A stretch of 63,456 nucleotides of DNA, filler included, from Craspedostauros australis (taxonomy: Eukaryota), in assembly GCA_030167865.1 (NCBI GenBank). It is 15 parts of 15 records of this genome, joined end to end, with 100 filler letters (N's around TTAATTAATTAA, not from the genome) between each part and the next. Parts side by side here need not be neighbours in the genome. Positions count along the whole stretch, not along the records: positions 23,489 to 39,943 come from JALAGF010000006.1; 14 more parts are not named here. The stretch is one strand, 5' to 3'. Numbering within the stretch: the first letter of the stretch is position 1; each line of letters begins with the position of its first letter. The position numbers were made by a program, and so were the translations under genes. Under the pieces are notes generated by a model. That model did not search any database, was not told the origin of the DNA, and saw nothing but the letters and a program-made list of their open reading frames with translations. This document shows, one piece after another, positions 24,241-37,842 of the stretch.

Positions 24241-26835
24241 GGCAGATAGTGTTGGTTGGCTGGTTCCTGTTCATCATGTCGGAGGCATTCGCAAGTAATC
24301 GCAAAAGACTTGTTCATTTCTTCGTTCTTTCATTTGTTGTTCTGGTTCGTTGTTGGTTCATTTCTTCGTTCATTCATTTGTTATTCTGGTTCATTGGTTG
24401 TTGTGTGCTCATCATGTTCCGGGCGTTCGCAATCGTTGAACTTGAGTGGTTCGGGGAAGGTGGATGCAGCTGTTCTTTGTGCTGAGGACCTGAAGTGTTC
24501 CGATTAGCGTGCGTTGGTGCGATTCTGAAGCAAACGTAATTGTTGGTTCTGTTGGATCTGTCATTGGTTGTGTTTGTAATTGATTGCTGTTGTTGTTGCT
24601 GTTGTCGTCATTTGTTTGCAATTGATTGTTGTGGTATTTAATTGATGTATTTGGCTGTTGTTACTGTTGGTAATTGCAGTTGTATGACAATTGATTCGTT
24701 GTTGTCTGTGTATTATAATTGGTTGATTGGTGTTGTTGGTTCGTTTCGGTTATCTCTGTTCTGTTCCCTTGTTCAAGGGGGTTGGTTGCACGGTACAAGA
24801 ATGCTGGTGTTGTTGCCAACGCTACTCTTCCTCGTCGACGAGTTCGTGAGCCTTGATCACCCATTCGTTGCTTGGATTGACTTCATCCTCGTTAACGATG
24901 TTCTTGATGGCGGACTTCAAGCTCTGAATCTTCATCTGGAGTTGTGGTCCGCGGCGGCCGTGCTGCTCCAGGTCTCGCTCCTGGTCAAGCAACCTGCGGA
25001 AGGATGACGTGGTGCGTAAAGCACGAGAGAGACGAGGCAATGGCAATGGCGATGGAGAGAAATGAAGCAACAGCGTGAGTGGCCAGTGCCATAGCAGATG
25101 CGACGTGATGTCACCATCTTGTGATGCACCAGTGATGATGAGGACAAAAGGACCACAACAAACAGGCAGACAGCAAGGCTTCAGACAACCTCATCCACAT
25201 GCGACTCACCCGACGAGCTCCTTGGTGCGAAGCTCCACGGCCCTCTCCAACCCCACTGCTCCGTGCGACTGTTCCATGATTTATCCTTGTTCTGCTGTGA
25301 TTTGCTGTTAAGTTCTTGTTCCTGATCCCATGTGAGATCTATGAGCTCTGGGTGCGTCCAGATCTGCGAGTCCTCCTTGTTGATCTCATCACCATCACTG
25401 TTCTCGTCCTCTTTCCTCGTGGGTGGGCGCACCTCAACATGATCGCATCAGAACGCCGCAAACACGCAAACACGCAAACGCTGACATCCAGACAGACCGA
25501 GGAAGCCCCAAAACCGAACACCTTCGGAGAAGCGCACACACAGCACCGACACACGGAAACGCTGTTCTTGGGATGATCCTTCCCATCTTCAATCTTGACC
25601 TCAACTGTCAACCGTGTCGCTCGCGAATCCCTCCATCCGTCATTTGAATCCCGACCGTTCGCAACATGAGAACTGCAGAATCATCCAAGTTTCCAAAACT
25701 ACATTCATTGAATTGTTACAGCAATCACCAATGGACTTCGACAGTTTCCATTGACCAAGACGACCACTGGTTTCGGAAGATTCGCAATGTACCATGATGC
25801 AGATTCGTGAAACACGTGGCCAACGCTTGGTTGACACCTTGTCACCAAGCATGGCACGATTGAAAGTCCGTCCATGGCACGTCCATGCCAGCGGTGACCT
25901 TGCAAGAAGATGCCTTGTGGTACTTTCACCAGCCATCCTCAGGCAGGGTTCCCATTCATAGCAGTAGGTAGCTCGTCCTTGGAGCTTGCCGTCCTTCCCA
26001 GCTGAGATTGTCCCATCTCCGAGCTTTGCCGAAAAGAACAGCGCCGATCTTGTTCACGCATCATTGCCCTCTTGAGCGGTATCACACACAGGGCCAACTG
26101 TCATTCGTTTCCAATAGAAATCAACAGAACCTGTCCCTTGCCCGCTTGAACATCGCCGACGAATCCTCCATGTTCTTGTTTCGCGATTGCGAACCATCAA
26201 CGGTCGGCGGACGGACTCTATCCCGCTGGATCCAACGAAATCGGGACACGCGTCTTGGCTCTTTCCACAGATGACAGGAGGGAAACGTTCTGATTGGCTC
26301 AAACAAGGTCGCAAGCGTGGAGCCAACCAACCGGGGAAGCGACAAGAACAACCACACACACCAACAAGCGCACACAGATCGCGGCAGAAGAACAAACGCA
26401 AAAGATGGTGACAGGTGTCCACGACGGCAGAGATCTACACGAGAGAAGAACCAACTCCACAAGATCCTCCCGCGTTGTTGTTCGTGCAATTTTGCAAGAG
26501 AGGTGTTTTTGATGTGAAGATTCCCACAAAACCGCCCACCAAGGACATCAAAAGGCCATCATCACTGTGGCATTCCCCACAACACGCACTGCACACACAG
26601 CACCCACAGGAGCGACACACCGACACAACAACAGATTTGGCACCAACCGAACCCTCATCGAACAACTCACACATTTCCCAACAGCGCCATCCGTCCAAGC
26701 CGTCATCCAAACACAACCATCCGGACCTCGCTGTACACCTGATCCATCCACAAACGCAACCACCAACGCAACCACAAACGCAACCACAAACCAGACGAAA
26801 CAAGCAGAGCAACAAAGCACAACCGAAACAGCACA

Positions 26836-29384
26836 ATGACAGTCGTGAAGAAAACCCCACCGGCCTACAAGGGCAGCGAGCTCGAATTGAAATGCGTCAA
26901 CACCATCCGCGCCGTTTCCGCCGACCAGCCGCAGGCCGCCGGCTCTGGACATCCAGGTGCTCCCATGGGATGCGCGCCGTTCGCCTACTTGCTCTGGACA
27001 GAGCTCCTCAAGTACTCCCCCTCCACACCGGACTGGATCGCCCGCGATCGCTTCGTCCTCTCCAATGGGCACGCCTGCGCGCTGCAGTACACCATGCTGC
27101 ACCTCACCGGCTACGGGCTCACCATCGATGACCTCAAGCAGTTCCGGCAGCTGGGGTCCAACACCCCAGGACATCCTGAGAACATCACCAATGGTAAGTG
27201 TGGACCGTGCGGATGGGCTGCTGCCCCAATGCCCCGGCTTCGTCTCCAGTTTCTTTGAAGAGCGCCACGAAGCTTCGTTTCGTCCGAATCGCCTCCACAT
27301 CTTGGAATCCACACAAACAGGATGTGATTATTGCACAAATGATCATGATGACGATGACAACGCGAGTTGAATTGGCTCTATGTCATGCGAGAATGCCATG
27401 CACTATTATTCCATCACTCTGTTGCAAATGCATTGGTGCATCACGACGTCAACGCAACCATATGAACTCACACAATCGGATGCACACCAATGAATGCACA
27501 CCAACGAATGCAATAATAATATCTGCATGAATCAATCAATTTGAATGGTGTCGGGTCCAATCAATTCTCCATTCGGACCTGCTCCCATTCGATCCAAATT
27601 CGGTGGCAACCAACATCTCTTCAATGTCCCAATCATTGTGCGCAGGTGTGGAGGTCTGCACCGGTCCGCTCGGACAGGGAATCTCCAACGCCGTTGGATT
27701 GGCCATGGCCGAACGCCACCTCGCCGCAACCTACAACGTCGAGAACGAATTCGACGTCTTCGACAATTTCACCTACGTCATCTGCGGTGACGGGTGTCTC
27801 CAGGAGGGAGTGTCGGGAGAGGCCTCCTCGCTGGCCGGCCACTTGGGTCTTGGAAAATTGATCGTCTTCTACGACGACAACAGCATCACCATCGACGGTG
27901 ACACCACCCTTTCCTTCACAGAGGACGTGCAGAAGCGGTACGAGGCCTACGGATGGCACGTCCAGGAGGTGACTGACGTCATCACGCAGTTGGACGATCT
28001 GCGTGCCGCTGTCACCAAGGCCAAGGCCGTCACCGACAAGCCATCCATCATCGCGTGCAAGACCCTCATCGGATACGGATCGCCAAGCAAGGAGGGCACG
28101 GCCGGCGCTCACGGATCGCCATTGGGCCTGGAGGACCTCAAGGGGACCAAGGAGTACTACGGCTTGCCAAAGGACGAGACGTTCTACGTCCCGGACGAGG
28201 TCAAACAGGTCTTCACCGATGCATCTGCCAAGGGCGAGGAATCCCGCAAGGCGTGGAACACCATGTTCGAGCAGTACAAGGCCAAGCACCCGGAGAAGGC
28301 CACCGAAATCACACGTCGGTTCAACGGAGAATTGCCAGATGGTATCCTCGACGAGTTCCCAAAATTCGTCATCGGCGAGGACAAGGATCTCGCGTCCCGA
28401 AAGATGTCGCAGGCATGCATCGAGACCGTCGCGCCCAAGATGCCAGAACTCGTCGGAGGATCCGCCGACCTCACACCATCCAACTGTACGCTCTTCAAGG
28501 GTGCCGTTGACTTCCAAAAGAATTCCTACCAGGGGCGTTACTTCCGCTTCGGTGTCCGCGAGCACGGCATGGGATCCGTCTGCAACGGTCTCTTCGCCTA
28601 CGGTGGACTCCGTCCGTACTGCGCCACCTTCCTGACTTTCATCGGGTACATGATCGGCTCCGTCCGTGTCGCTGCTCTCTCCAACTTCGGTATCATCTAC
28701 ATCATGACCCACGACAGCATCGGTCTCGGTGAGGACGGTCCGACCCATCAGCCTGTCGAAACGCTGGAGTCCCTGCGCAGCATGCCAAACATCAATGTCT
28801 TCCGACCTGCCGACACCAACGAAATGAACGCATGCTACGAGCTGGCGCTCAAAAACCGAACCACTCCATCCGTCATTTGCTGTTCGCGCTCCTCGCTCCC
28901 GGCGTTGTATGGATCGAGCGCCGAGAAGGCGAGCAAGGGTGGGTACGTCGCCGTGGACGTCGAATCCCCGGCGCTGGTTCTCGTCTCCACAGGATCCGAG
29001 GTCGGGTCGTGCGTCAAGGCGGCAGAAAAGCTGACCGCCGCGGGCACGCCAACACGCGTCGTCAGCATGCCATGCCAGGAGATCTTCCTGAAGCAATCGG
29101 CGGAGTACCAGAAGAGCGTCCTGCCTGGAGACGTCCCAACCCTCTCCGTCGAAGCCTCCAGCCCGCACGGATGGCACCGATTCTCCCATTCCCAGATCGC
29201 CATGAACGACTTCGGTTGCTCCGGCAAGGGCAGCGCCGTCTTTGAATACTACGGATTCACCCCTGAGAATGTCGAGGCCAAGGGTCAGGCACTAGTCGAT
29301 TTCTTCAAGAAGGCTGGAAGCGTGCCGGACCTGTCGCTCCGCCCACCTATCGATCTCATCCTCTCGCCACATGCCTCCCACTAA
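26836..29384 (+). CDS. TKT: Transketolase, cytosolic type; two exons 26836-27193 and 27646-29384
   Basis: [19 protein letters not shown] and TPGHPE in exon 1; GT-AAGT donor at 27194 and CAG acceptor ending 27645 rejoin to [13 protein letters not shown]; ThDP motif [24 protein letters not shown]. No signal peptide. Confidence 0.97.
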
Positions 29385-31564
29385 GCACCCTGCTGGACAT
29401 GCCGAGCGCGTGTCAACCACACGAGTACGTGCCAATGCAGTTGCACTCGCAAGTGCGCAAGTGCAAGTATTCGCACATGCGTGACATCCGACGAATTAAG
29501 GAATGCATTGAAGAGTGGATGCAAAAGAATGCGGATGGGCAAGAGAGAGCGAGAGTGTGGATATGGATGTGGTGCACCCATTGGTGTTTCTGCATTCATC
29601 CAAGGGGAGGAAACATGCGTGATTAGCATCAATCCGCACCTGACAACGCAAGCCGGATCGGAGGCCTGCGGTACGAGCACGACTGCGCATACTCGTATGT
29701 CACCAAGCACCAGCACCATTCGTACAAATAATTGTAGTCATCTTTACATTGAACTATCTCGGTCATTGACGAAGTTTCCAGCGTCATCTCCATTGCATTC
29801 AAGTGCGCCATTTTCATGTTGTTGCGGTAAGGATGGAACATGATGTACACATGCGATGCTCTAGCTCGTGCGAGTACTTGAAATGTGCCAAGGTTTGCTC
29901 GCAGCAACTTCGCGAGGCATGATTTGAGCATGTCTGTGCGTTGTGCAACAAACAAATGCGTTTCTATTCACACAGACAGACAACAAAGCTGTCTGTTGAC
30001 AGAACACCAATGAGTATTCGCAAACAGACGACCGACAGCGGTTTTTAATAAGCACAGTTAATGTCTGTCCACCGAAGCCTTTCTGCAGATGTTCAGATGT
30101 TGGTACTGCTGGTGGAGAGCGGACCAAACCGGAAACGACACAACGCAGAGCACTGGGACAAACGAACAAGATATCAGTGGGGAGATGGACTTGCACCCAC
30201 CGTACGTCAGATGTGGTCACACATTCTTCTGATCCAAACGTCATTCTGTCAGACTTCGGTTTGCGACAAAGCGGTTGTACCTGATCGGTGCCGTGGGAAA
30301 AGGAGTAACTCGATGCGCCGAGACATTCGAATCGGAACAGACAGAAGGCTCATCTTGCCCTTCGCAACCGCGCTCGCCCTTGCAATAGTAAACTGCCCTG
30401 TTTGCTGACGCTTCTGATGGTCATCCGTGCTCATGTGATTTCTTCCAGGGACAATGCGCGCATGCCTGCTGGTGGCGTCCGCGTCGTAGACAACTTTGCA
30501 GCTCGTACCCAGACACGAGACAGAGGCCAACGCATCCAACAGCATCCGTGTCCTGCTGCGACAAGGTAGAACCGATCAGCTCCGGAGCCCATCAGCAGTG
30601 CATCAGTCGGTCGAGTCATCCTTCTCTGTGACCTCCCAAGATATTTCAGTGTTGTGGTACCAGCACATCATCGTATCAGCGTATCAACAGATCAGCCCAT
30701 CGATACATCGACACATCGACACATCAACATCCAAAGTCCCTTGCACTCTCGCTGTGGCATTTCCTATCTTTCGATCTACTCAGGTTAGTGGTCCATGTAC
30801 CATACGTATGCTCCGTTCTCTCATCGATGCTGTCGACACATTGTTTTGCTCAAGTCAGATCATTATCATCAAGTTGTAAGTGTGTTGGCTATCGTCGAAC
30901 CTACTCTGTTCGCAATCTTGCGGTGGTCCCTTGTCCTGCTTGTGCTCGCAATTCGTACCGTTTGTGTCGAGACTCTTCGTCTCCCCCGCGCTGCATGAAT
31001 GCGTGCATCCGACGAGGACGGGCCACCTGGAGTTGCTTGCACATGTACCAGTTGGCACGCGTGATTTCCCATTATCTCACGTGGCAGAAATGATGAATGA
31101 TGAATGACGAGTGGCGACGTCGACGTCGACGTCGACGATGGTGGCATAGTTGATTGTGGGGTGCAGTGGCTCGATGATGGATGGATCTGCACGCAGGCGT
31201 TGATTCCCTGCTGCTGCGATCTTGGTGCATATAGATCCTCGGAGCACCCGCGATCGCTGATGCGCAAGTGTGATACGAGCAGAGCAGTCATTTGTCGACT
31301 TGCGTTCCACCTTGTTTTCGTACTCGTACTCGGGCTCGTGCTCGTTCTCGCATTCCTGTTCTTGAATTGCCTGATGGCTCTTGACGAACTCGTCGCCAAC
31401 GCTCACCCATCACATCCATCTCTGCACACGCCTGCAGATTTACGCTTGCGCTTACGCTTGCACTTGCACCACTCTTCGAATTATTCGAGCAAGCACCACA
31501 TATTCATCACCATCTCATCGTTTTGACGAACGTTGATCCGACGAAATTGCCTCAAGAAGACACC

Positions 31565-32107
31565 ATGACCGATCCCACCCACCTCGGAAATCAAGATCAA
31601 GACAGTCGTCTCAATCAAGACTCTGGCGAAGAACAGCGCCTCCAGCCACGGCACCAGCAGCCACGGCACCAGCAGCAGCAGCACCAGCACCAGCAGCACC
31701 AGCACCACCACCATCCACCGCATCTCGCTGCAGCCGCCGAGCAACATCTGCGCTCGTCGTTCTTACTACTACCAAGATCGGCCAATGATCGTTCTGGTGC
31801 TGCCAACGGTGGAAATACGCCATCATTGGCCGGGCTGCACACACTTACTCCAGCATTTGCGCTCCTCCCGGCATGGCCAGCCGGTGGCACGGCGCCCGTG
31901 GAATCTCTCATGATGGCGTCGCCTCATGGGACGAGCACATTGGATGGCACTACTTGGGACAAGCTTCTGGGCCCCTCTGTGTCGGCAGGCCATGTTGACC
32001 TCTTGCGGATTGTTGACAAGGTGCTGCGTGTTGTGCAGGATGAAGATGGCGACGTACACGTTGTCAGCTCTGATCCCTCCACCGAGGCAAGCAGTAGAAC
32101 CGAATAA
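31565..32107 (+). CDS. Small hypothetical protein with Q/H-rich tract
   Basis: ORF with polyQ/H and a C-terminal amphipathic helix LLRIVDKVLRVVQDED; no family recognised. Confidence 0.4.
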   Translation: MTDPTHLGNQDQDSRLNQDSGEEQRLQPRHQQPRHQQQQHQHQQHQHHHHPPHLAAAAEQHLRSSFLLLPRSANDRSGAANGGNTPSLAGLHTLTPAFALLPAWPAGGTAPVESLMMASPHGTSTLDGTTWDKLLGPSVSAGHVDLLRIVDKVLRVVQDEDGDVHVVSSDPSTEASSRTE

Positions 32108-35100
32108 GATGGGTTCGACAGCGACGACGCGACGAGCAGTTAGGCCGGTCCTATGCACCAGCACTTGCTGCCACTGCTGCTGGACAGTGCTGTGTCCAAG
32201 GAGTAGCGGCAACAAAATGTGACCCATAAATAAATCGATGAAGTGATAGCAAATGGTTGTTGCATAATAGTTAGACAACATGAATGAATTTCATCTGCGG
32301 AGTTGCACTGAGTGCTCCCGTGAGTAGAGGTGGTTGACACCAATGAATTGTGGATAGAAAGCATGTGCAAAGTGGAGTACTTACCTTTGAATCAGTATAC
32401 GCCCAATATACCTGGAGCACGAACATTCGAATCCAGCACAAGTGAGTCTGCATATGTATACGCCTGTGAACCATATCCATCATTTTTGCGGCCTTGATCT
32501 AGACTCGTCGTTTGATATTGGTCATCAATGAGCGATGGTGCATTCTCGATGCATTCCGAGCATTCAAGTCTCTCCTTGCTGATACGGTCCCGCGCGCGTC
32601 ATGCACATGACCGACTGTTCGTCATCGTGAGATCTGGCACCATCTAGTAGATGTGGTCAAGAGCATTGCTATCGGCTGGCCTGGATTCTCGATGGCGCAG
32701 ATCGGTCACGAACGACAAGCGCACTTGAAATTGCAGCTTCCGCGAATGATCATCGCGTTAATCCTTCCCAACGTCGCTCAACAAGCATGATGCCACGAAT
32801 TCGGGCAAAACCGGATCTGATCGTTTTCGCGAGTTTTGCTTCCATCCATCTCGCCGCTGTCCCTGTTGTCACCATTGGCGGCGCTCTGTATCATGATCGC
32901 TGTCACTGTCGCCATGATCCAATCTTCCTATTGATAGTTGTGACTCCCATGTGATGGTTGTGGCTGCTTGTTCGGCTTTTGCTCGGATGGCTGCTCTCGC
33001 CCGTCGAGTGAGTATTGCTTGCGTCGAGGAGAATCGTTGCCGATGCAGAATAATCAGAAGCCGGCTGTGCTCTTGGTGGGAGCACGGGCCCCTGCCTACT
33101 TGTCATCGCTTCAGATCAAGCACAGCATTGTGCCGATGAGTGGTTCTTGCTTCCGTCACTGTCGGATTTGTGCTCGTAGTTGTACTGGATCATCGGTCAG
33201 CAGTCACCTTGTTCTTGCCCTTCATGAATCAATGCCTTCTTTTTTGTGCGGCTCTGCGCTTGGTCTCGCATGATATGATCCGCGCGCTCATCCGGCTGTC
33301 CATGGATGTATGGATGCATTGCTGTGTTCGTCCCTGCGCTCCTTCCTTTCTACGAAGATGAAGTGGTGACCTGTGGCTCCTCGCAGAATCGTGCGTGGGT
33401 GTTGGTATGCACTATGACACATGACACCCGTAGCACGAGTATGCCAATACTGGTGCTGACATCGGTTGGAAGAAATCTCGCCGTTGTCTTCGATTGTGTT
33501 CAGAAGAAGAATCGTCACCCATGGCAACATCCTGTATGCAAGACCAAGAGGCAGGAGATACGCTGGTGCTGCTCGCTGTCTTGAGTCTCCTGTTCTTTCT
33601 CCATCAATGTCCTTCGGAGTGGCCAAATGGCATGAGAGGTTGGCTTGTCGGTTGCGGACAATTGAGTTGGTGGAGACCTTGGAACAGGCTAGTTGCAGCA
33701 TCCGATGCTGTTGGCACGATCTACAAGTGCGCACGTGGTGATATGATCTCAAGTGCTGTGCAAGATACCTCCATGCGCGCCGTGCTTGTATTGCATGCAA
33801 ACGCTGCGGAGAATTCAAAGATGGGAATGATAGGGTTCGGTGGCCGATGTTGCATTGTGAAACGCTGGTCCTTGCGGTTTCGATTTTGTGGGAGTAGGAT
33901 AAGTCCGCGTAGGCATCAACGTCGCCGTCAGCGGACTGCGAGGGTGTCCAAATCACGTACGTAGAGAACAACGGTATCGAGGTCAAAGCCATCAGCCGCA
34001 CAGCAACATGCCAATGAAGTCTAATTGTCTCCAGTTTCGCCGGAGCCGATTCCGAATTTTTCGGCTGTGTGTGTGTGATGTGCGAGTTGCTCCATGTCAT
34101 TCCAGTTCCCGCAACTCGACGAATTCCTCAATCCACGAGCCAATTCGAGCATCTAAGCCGCTGGAGATAAATCGACGGCTCTCCTCCTCTGGAGGCTTGT
34201 GTATTGAGCATTGTGCTCGCGGTCGCCCGATGGTACCGTCAGCATGGAATCCACCATCTTGCGTTTGCCGCGGCCACACCATGTTGTACGAGTATCAGAA
34301 CTTCATCCTACGACCAACGAGCGAACACACCTTTACTCCACACATTGTGCACATCAGCGCCGTATGCAACGTGGACATCGCAAGGCTGTAGCAAGCACCA
34401 TCCCGTCCGATCTATACAATTACTCGGAGCCATTCCACGATTATGTGCGTTGCGTCGATGCCACAAAACGAATGATCGAACCCAAAAAGTGTTCGTGTAT
34501 TGTGGTGATGATGTTTCCGAATGGGGTTCTTCATGGAACACTGGCCATAAACAGCAACATATGACGTCATATTGATTGAAACAGCATCACTCTGGGTAGA
34601 AGCTGCGGCGAAACAACACATAATCCACAAATCCAAAACTGTTCTGTCTGTTTGACTACTTTGATACATACGTTTGGTTGTATGTCTGTTTGCATGAATG
34701 TCTGTTTACGAATGAACGATCTTCTTAAGAAACAAAAGTAAATGTCTCATGTTTAGTACGCACGTCATCCGGTGGGTCCCGCTTGACCCACGAGTTGAGG
34801 TGAAAGCTATGTTAGTCCCAAGTTTGATTGGTGTAACCATGGCAAAGGAGTGTAGGCCATTCCACCTGAACCCTGCTCGCTGGGAAAGATTGGCATCAAG
34901 CACATTCGCAACCGCATCCTACCTGCTATTCCTTCGCGGCAACAAGTTCTTCCAGAGATTGTGATGCTGGTGGCACATGCCTAGCATGTACTCTGTTCCA
35001 TTTTGTCGGTCAAACGACCAAGCAAACGGCAAGGATGAACCGCAGATCGCAACCGCCGTTGCCACGCAACACCGTCGACCATGCTGCTGTGCCTGTGCGT

Positions 35101-35284
35101 CTTAGTACGATGGTCAATCACAGCGTTGCTGTTTGTCACAATATGATCGAGTGTGTTATTATGCATTAATAAATCAATGATTCCTTTCCCCGAGCCTGTT
35201 GGTGCCATTGCTCATTCTCCCATTGATACCATATGCACGCATGTTGCGAATGCTCTTCCATCCTCGACTCGACTCGACTCGACT

Positions 35285-37135
35285 CTACATGAACTCCAGC
35301 CGTTCCTTGACACACTCCGGCATCGGTTTGCCGTATTCCGAACCGCCCTGTAATATTTCAATGGCGCGTTCCATCCTGTCTTTGGGCTTTCCGTCTGCAC
35401 CAAGTTGCACGTCTTGCGCTGCGGCAGTCTTCGCCGCCTCCTTTTCTTCCGGCGTCCTGTCGTGCCTCGCGCAGTCCGCAACCGCCTCGTCTGGAACGTT
35501 CTTGCCATCGGTGTACCACGCCTTTCCCAGCATCCAGTTGATGGTCGATAACGATTCCAGGCTGTAAGGACAGGACCAGACGCCGCCGTGCACGGCGCCG
35601 TCCCAAAAGAGGGTGAAGGGATTTTCCTCCATGTCCGGCAGGGGGCGGTTCATGAATTGAATCTGTGACAGCATGACGGCGGCCATCAAGGTCGAGGCGC
35701 ATCCGGCATCCAACGCGATCATCGGTTCGAAGTGCCGCATGCCCTCGAGCGCCACGGCCACGGCCGGTATTTCCCTCATGCTGAGAGTTTTGGTGGGCGG
35801 CGCGAAGGGCGTGGCGACGATGCGATTCTCGCGGTAGTAGGTGATCATGCAGCGCCATTGCTGCAGCAGCTTGGCCATGCTGTATTCCGGTCCCAGGGCG
35901 GTGACGATGCCATTGACGATGCAGTAGTCGTTGTTGGACTTGGGGACGCTGGGCTTGCACCAATTCCCGTTGGACAAGGTGGAGGCCCACTTCTCGATGG
36001 CGGGACGGCGTTCCAAACGCTGCTGCGCGCTCGTGGCGGCGGATGGAGGCAGCACCATGACGGATGCCGGGCTGATGTACTGGCTGAGGATGGTCTTGGT
36101 GCGCTGACGGCAGATGCGCTGGATGATGCAGTCCATGGCCGTGACGATGCGCATGTTCTCCTCGCCGATGCTGCTGGAGGCGAGCGGGCAGATGACCATC
36201 TCCTGCTTGGGCGAGGTGTTGTCCAGAATCCACTGCGTGATCTGCGGCCCCTGCGTGATGAGGTCGGCGCCGTCCTTGATGCACTTGAGGGTGGTGTTGT
36301 CGGGCGCGTGGAAGGTGACGAAGTCGACGAGGTCTTCCAGCTTCTTGGCGCTGATCTTGTCGCCGCTTTCACCACGGCACACGCCCAGAACCGTGCAGCC
36401 CTCGATCTGGAGCAGCGACTTGGCGGGCCCCAGCTCGCTGGTGACGCCGAGCAGCACGAAGACCTTGTTGCTGGTGAGGGTGGAGAGGTCGGGCGTCATG
36501 ATGGTGGACTTGGCCAGCGCGGCTCCCGAGTTCTCCATGAAGCCGTACTTGAAGAACTTGTCGATCTGCGCGCAGGCATCGTGTCCCCGCAGCACGTTCT
36601 GGCCTTCGATGATGTCCGGCGCCACGTCCGGGTCCTCCTGCACCTGGTGCGTGGCCGTGACCTCCGCGTTCTCCGGCTGCAGCGGGTTGACCCAGTTGAA
36701 GGGGTAGGCGTGGGTCTCGTCCAGCGAGAATCCGCTGAGGGGCTTGGTTCCCCTGTGCTCGACGGTCTCCAGGGACACGAAGGACCTGGTGAGGATGAAG
36801 ATGTCCTTGACGGGCACAATGGTGTTGCCATCCAGACGGTAGACGAGCTCGTCGCGCAGGGTGTCGACGCCCGCCTGGGCCATGTCGAGCGCCTGGTCGT
36901 TGGAGGTGGCGGCGGCCATTACGGAGATGAACTCCTCGAAGATGTCGCGGTAGTCCAGGCTCCAGTCCTGCACGCTCGCGAGGCTGCGCTTGAACTTCCT
37001 CACCAGCGGCCTCATCTTGGTGTGATCCTCGGTGATGTCCGCAATGGCAGCCTCGGCCGCTCTCTGCAGCACCAGCCGGAGGGTGTTCTCCGTTGCATAT
37101 TCGCCCGTCTCCACATGGATCTCTGGCCACTCCAT
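35285..37135 (-). CDS. Conserved hypothetical protein, possible atypical Rossmann/SDR-like fold
   Basis: 616-aa ORF with strong GC3 bias; FVLLGVTSELGP glycine-containing strand, GADL, YSMAK (YxxxK), GAVHGGVW. Confidence 0.8.
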   Translation of the reverse strand: MEWPEIHVETGEYATENTLRLVLQRAAEAAIADITEDHTKMRPLVRKFKRSLASVQDWSLDYRDIFEEFISVMAAATSNDQALDMAQAGVDTLRDELVYRLDGNTIVPVKDIFILTRSFVSLETVEHRGTKPLSGFSLDETHAYPFNWVNPLQPENAEVTATHQVQEDPDVAPDIIEGQNVLRGHDACAQIDKFFKYGFMENSGAALAKSTIMTPDLSTLTSNKVFVLLGVTSELGPAKSLLQIEGCTVLGVCRGESGDKISAKKLEDLVDFVTFHAPDNTTLKCIKDGADLITQGPQITQWILDNTSPKQEMVICPLASSSIGEENMRIVTAMDCIIQRICRQRTKTILSQYISPASVMVLPPSAATSAQQRLERRPAIEKWASTLSNGNWCKPSVPKSNNDYCIVNGIVTALGPEYSMAKLLQQWRCMITYYRENRIVATPFAPPTKTLSMREIPAVAVALEGMRHFEPMIALDAGCASTLMAAVMLSQIQFMNRPLPDMEENPFTLFWDGAVHGGVWSCPYSLESLSTINWMLGKAWYTDGKNVPDEAVADCARHDRTPEEKEAAKTAAAQDVQLGADGKPKDRMERAIEILQGGSEYGKPMPECVKERLEFM

Positions 37136-37842
37136 CTTGCTTCTTCTTTGTTGCTTGTGTGTAACTTGCTTGTGCTCTATTGCCTGCTTCCCTGGTGTTT
37201 GTGATCAATGCAATTATGCACTGCAAGTACGGTTGGTATAGTACGGACGCAAATGGAAATGAAGGAATGAAATGAAAGAATGGAGATGAAAGAATGGAGA
37301 TGGAGATTTTGGCGCTGCTGAATGAGTGCTCTCTGTGCTTCTTGTGGCTTCTGTTGTTGGTTGTCAGTTGTCGCTCTTCGATTATCGATTGCGCATCAAA
37401 TTCGTCTCTGTGCGTCTCTCTCCTTCTGCACACCCTTCTCGAGTAGAGGTGGCGGAGACGTCCGTGGTTGTGTTGGTGCCAGCAGGTTGGGAACGATTGA
37501 TGACCAGGGCGGAGATGGGAGAGAGGCACAATTCGCCGCCTTCGTTGCGTTGGTGCTTTGTCACACACACAACGAGAAACAACAGAAATGCCTCGGTCAT
37601 TTCTGATGTCAACATCGAAGACTCGCGACTCATGGAATCACGACTGAATCACGACCAACGACCCTCGAATCTTTGGCGAACAGTCGTAGCACATCACGCA
37701 TTGGTGGAGTGAGCACAGGTGTCGCGGTTGTGATTGATGGGTGCATGGATGGATGGATGGATGGATGAGACCAACACCCGAGGGCCCACGACACATTGGA
37801 TCAATTGGGTGAAAGCACACCGCACTCATTCTCTTGCTCGCA

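Noticed and set aside
27633..29189. Long antisense ORFs (also 16405-17544, 35732-37204, 51807-52988, 4234-5184)
   Set aside because: Shadows of GC3-rich genes on the opposite strand; no independent motifs.
32200..35200. Short ORFs in long intergenic stretches (also 17900-19900, 21500-23100, 29400-31400, 39000-41400)
   Set aside because: No recognisable motifs or codon bias; cannot be supported as genes from sequence alone.
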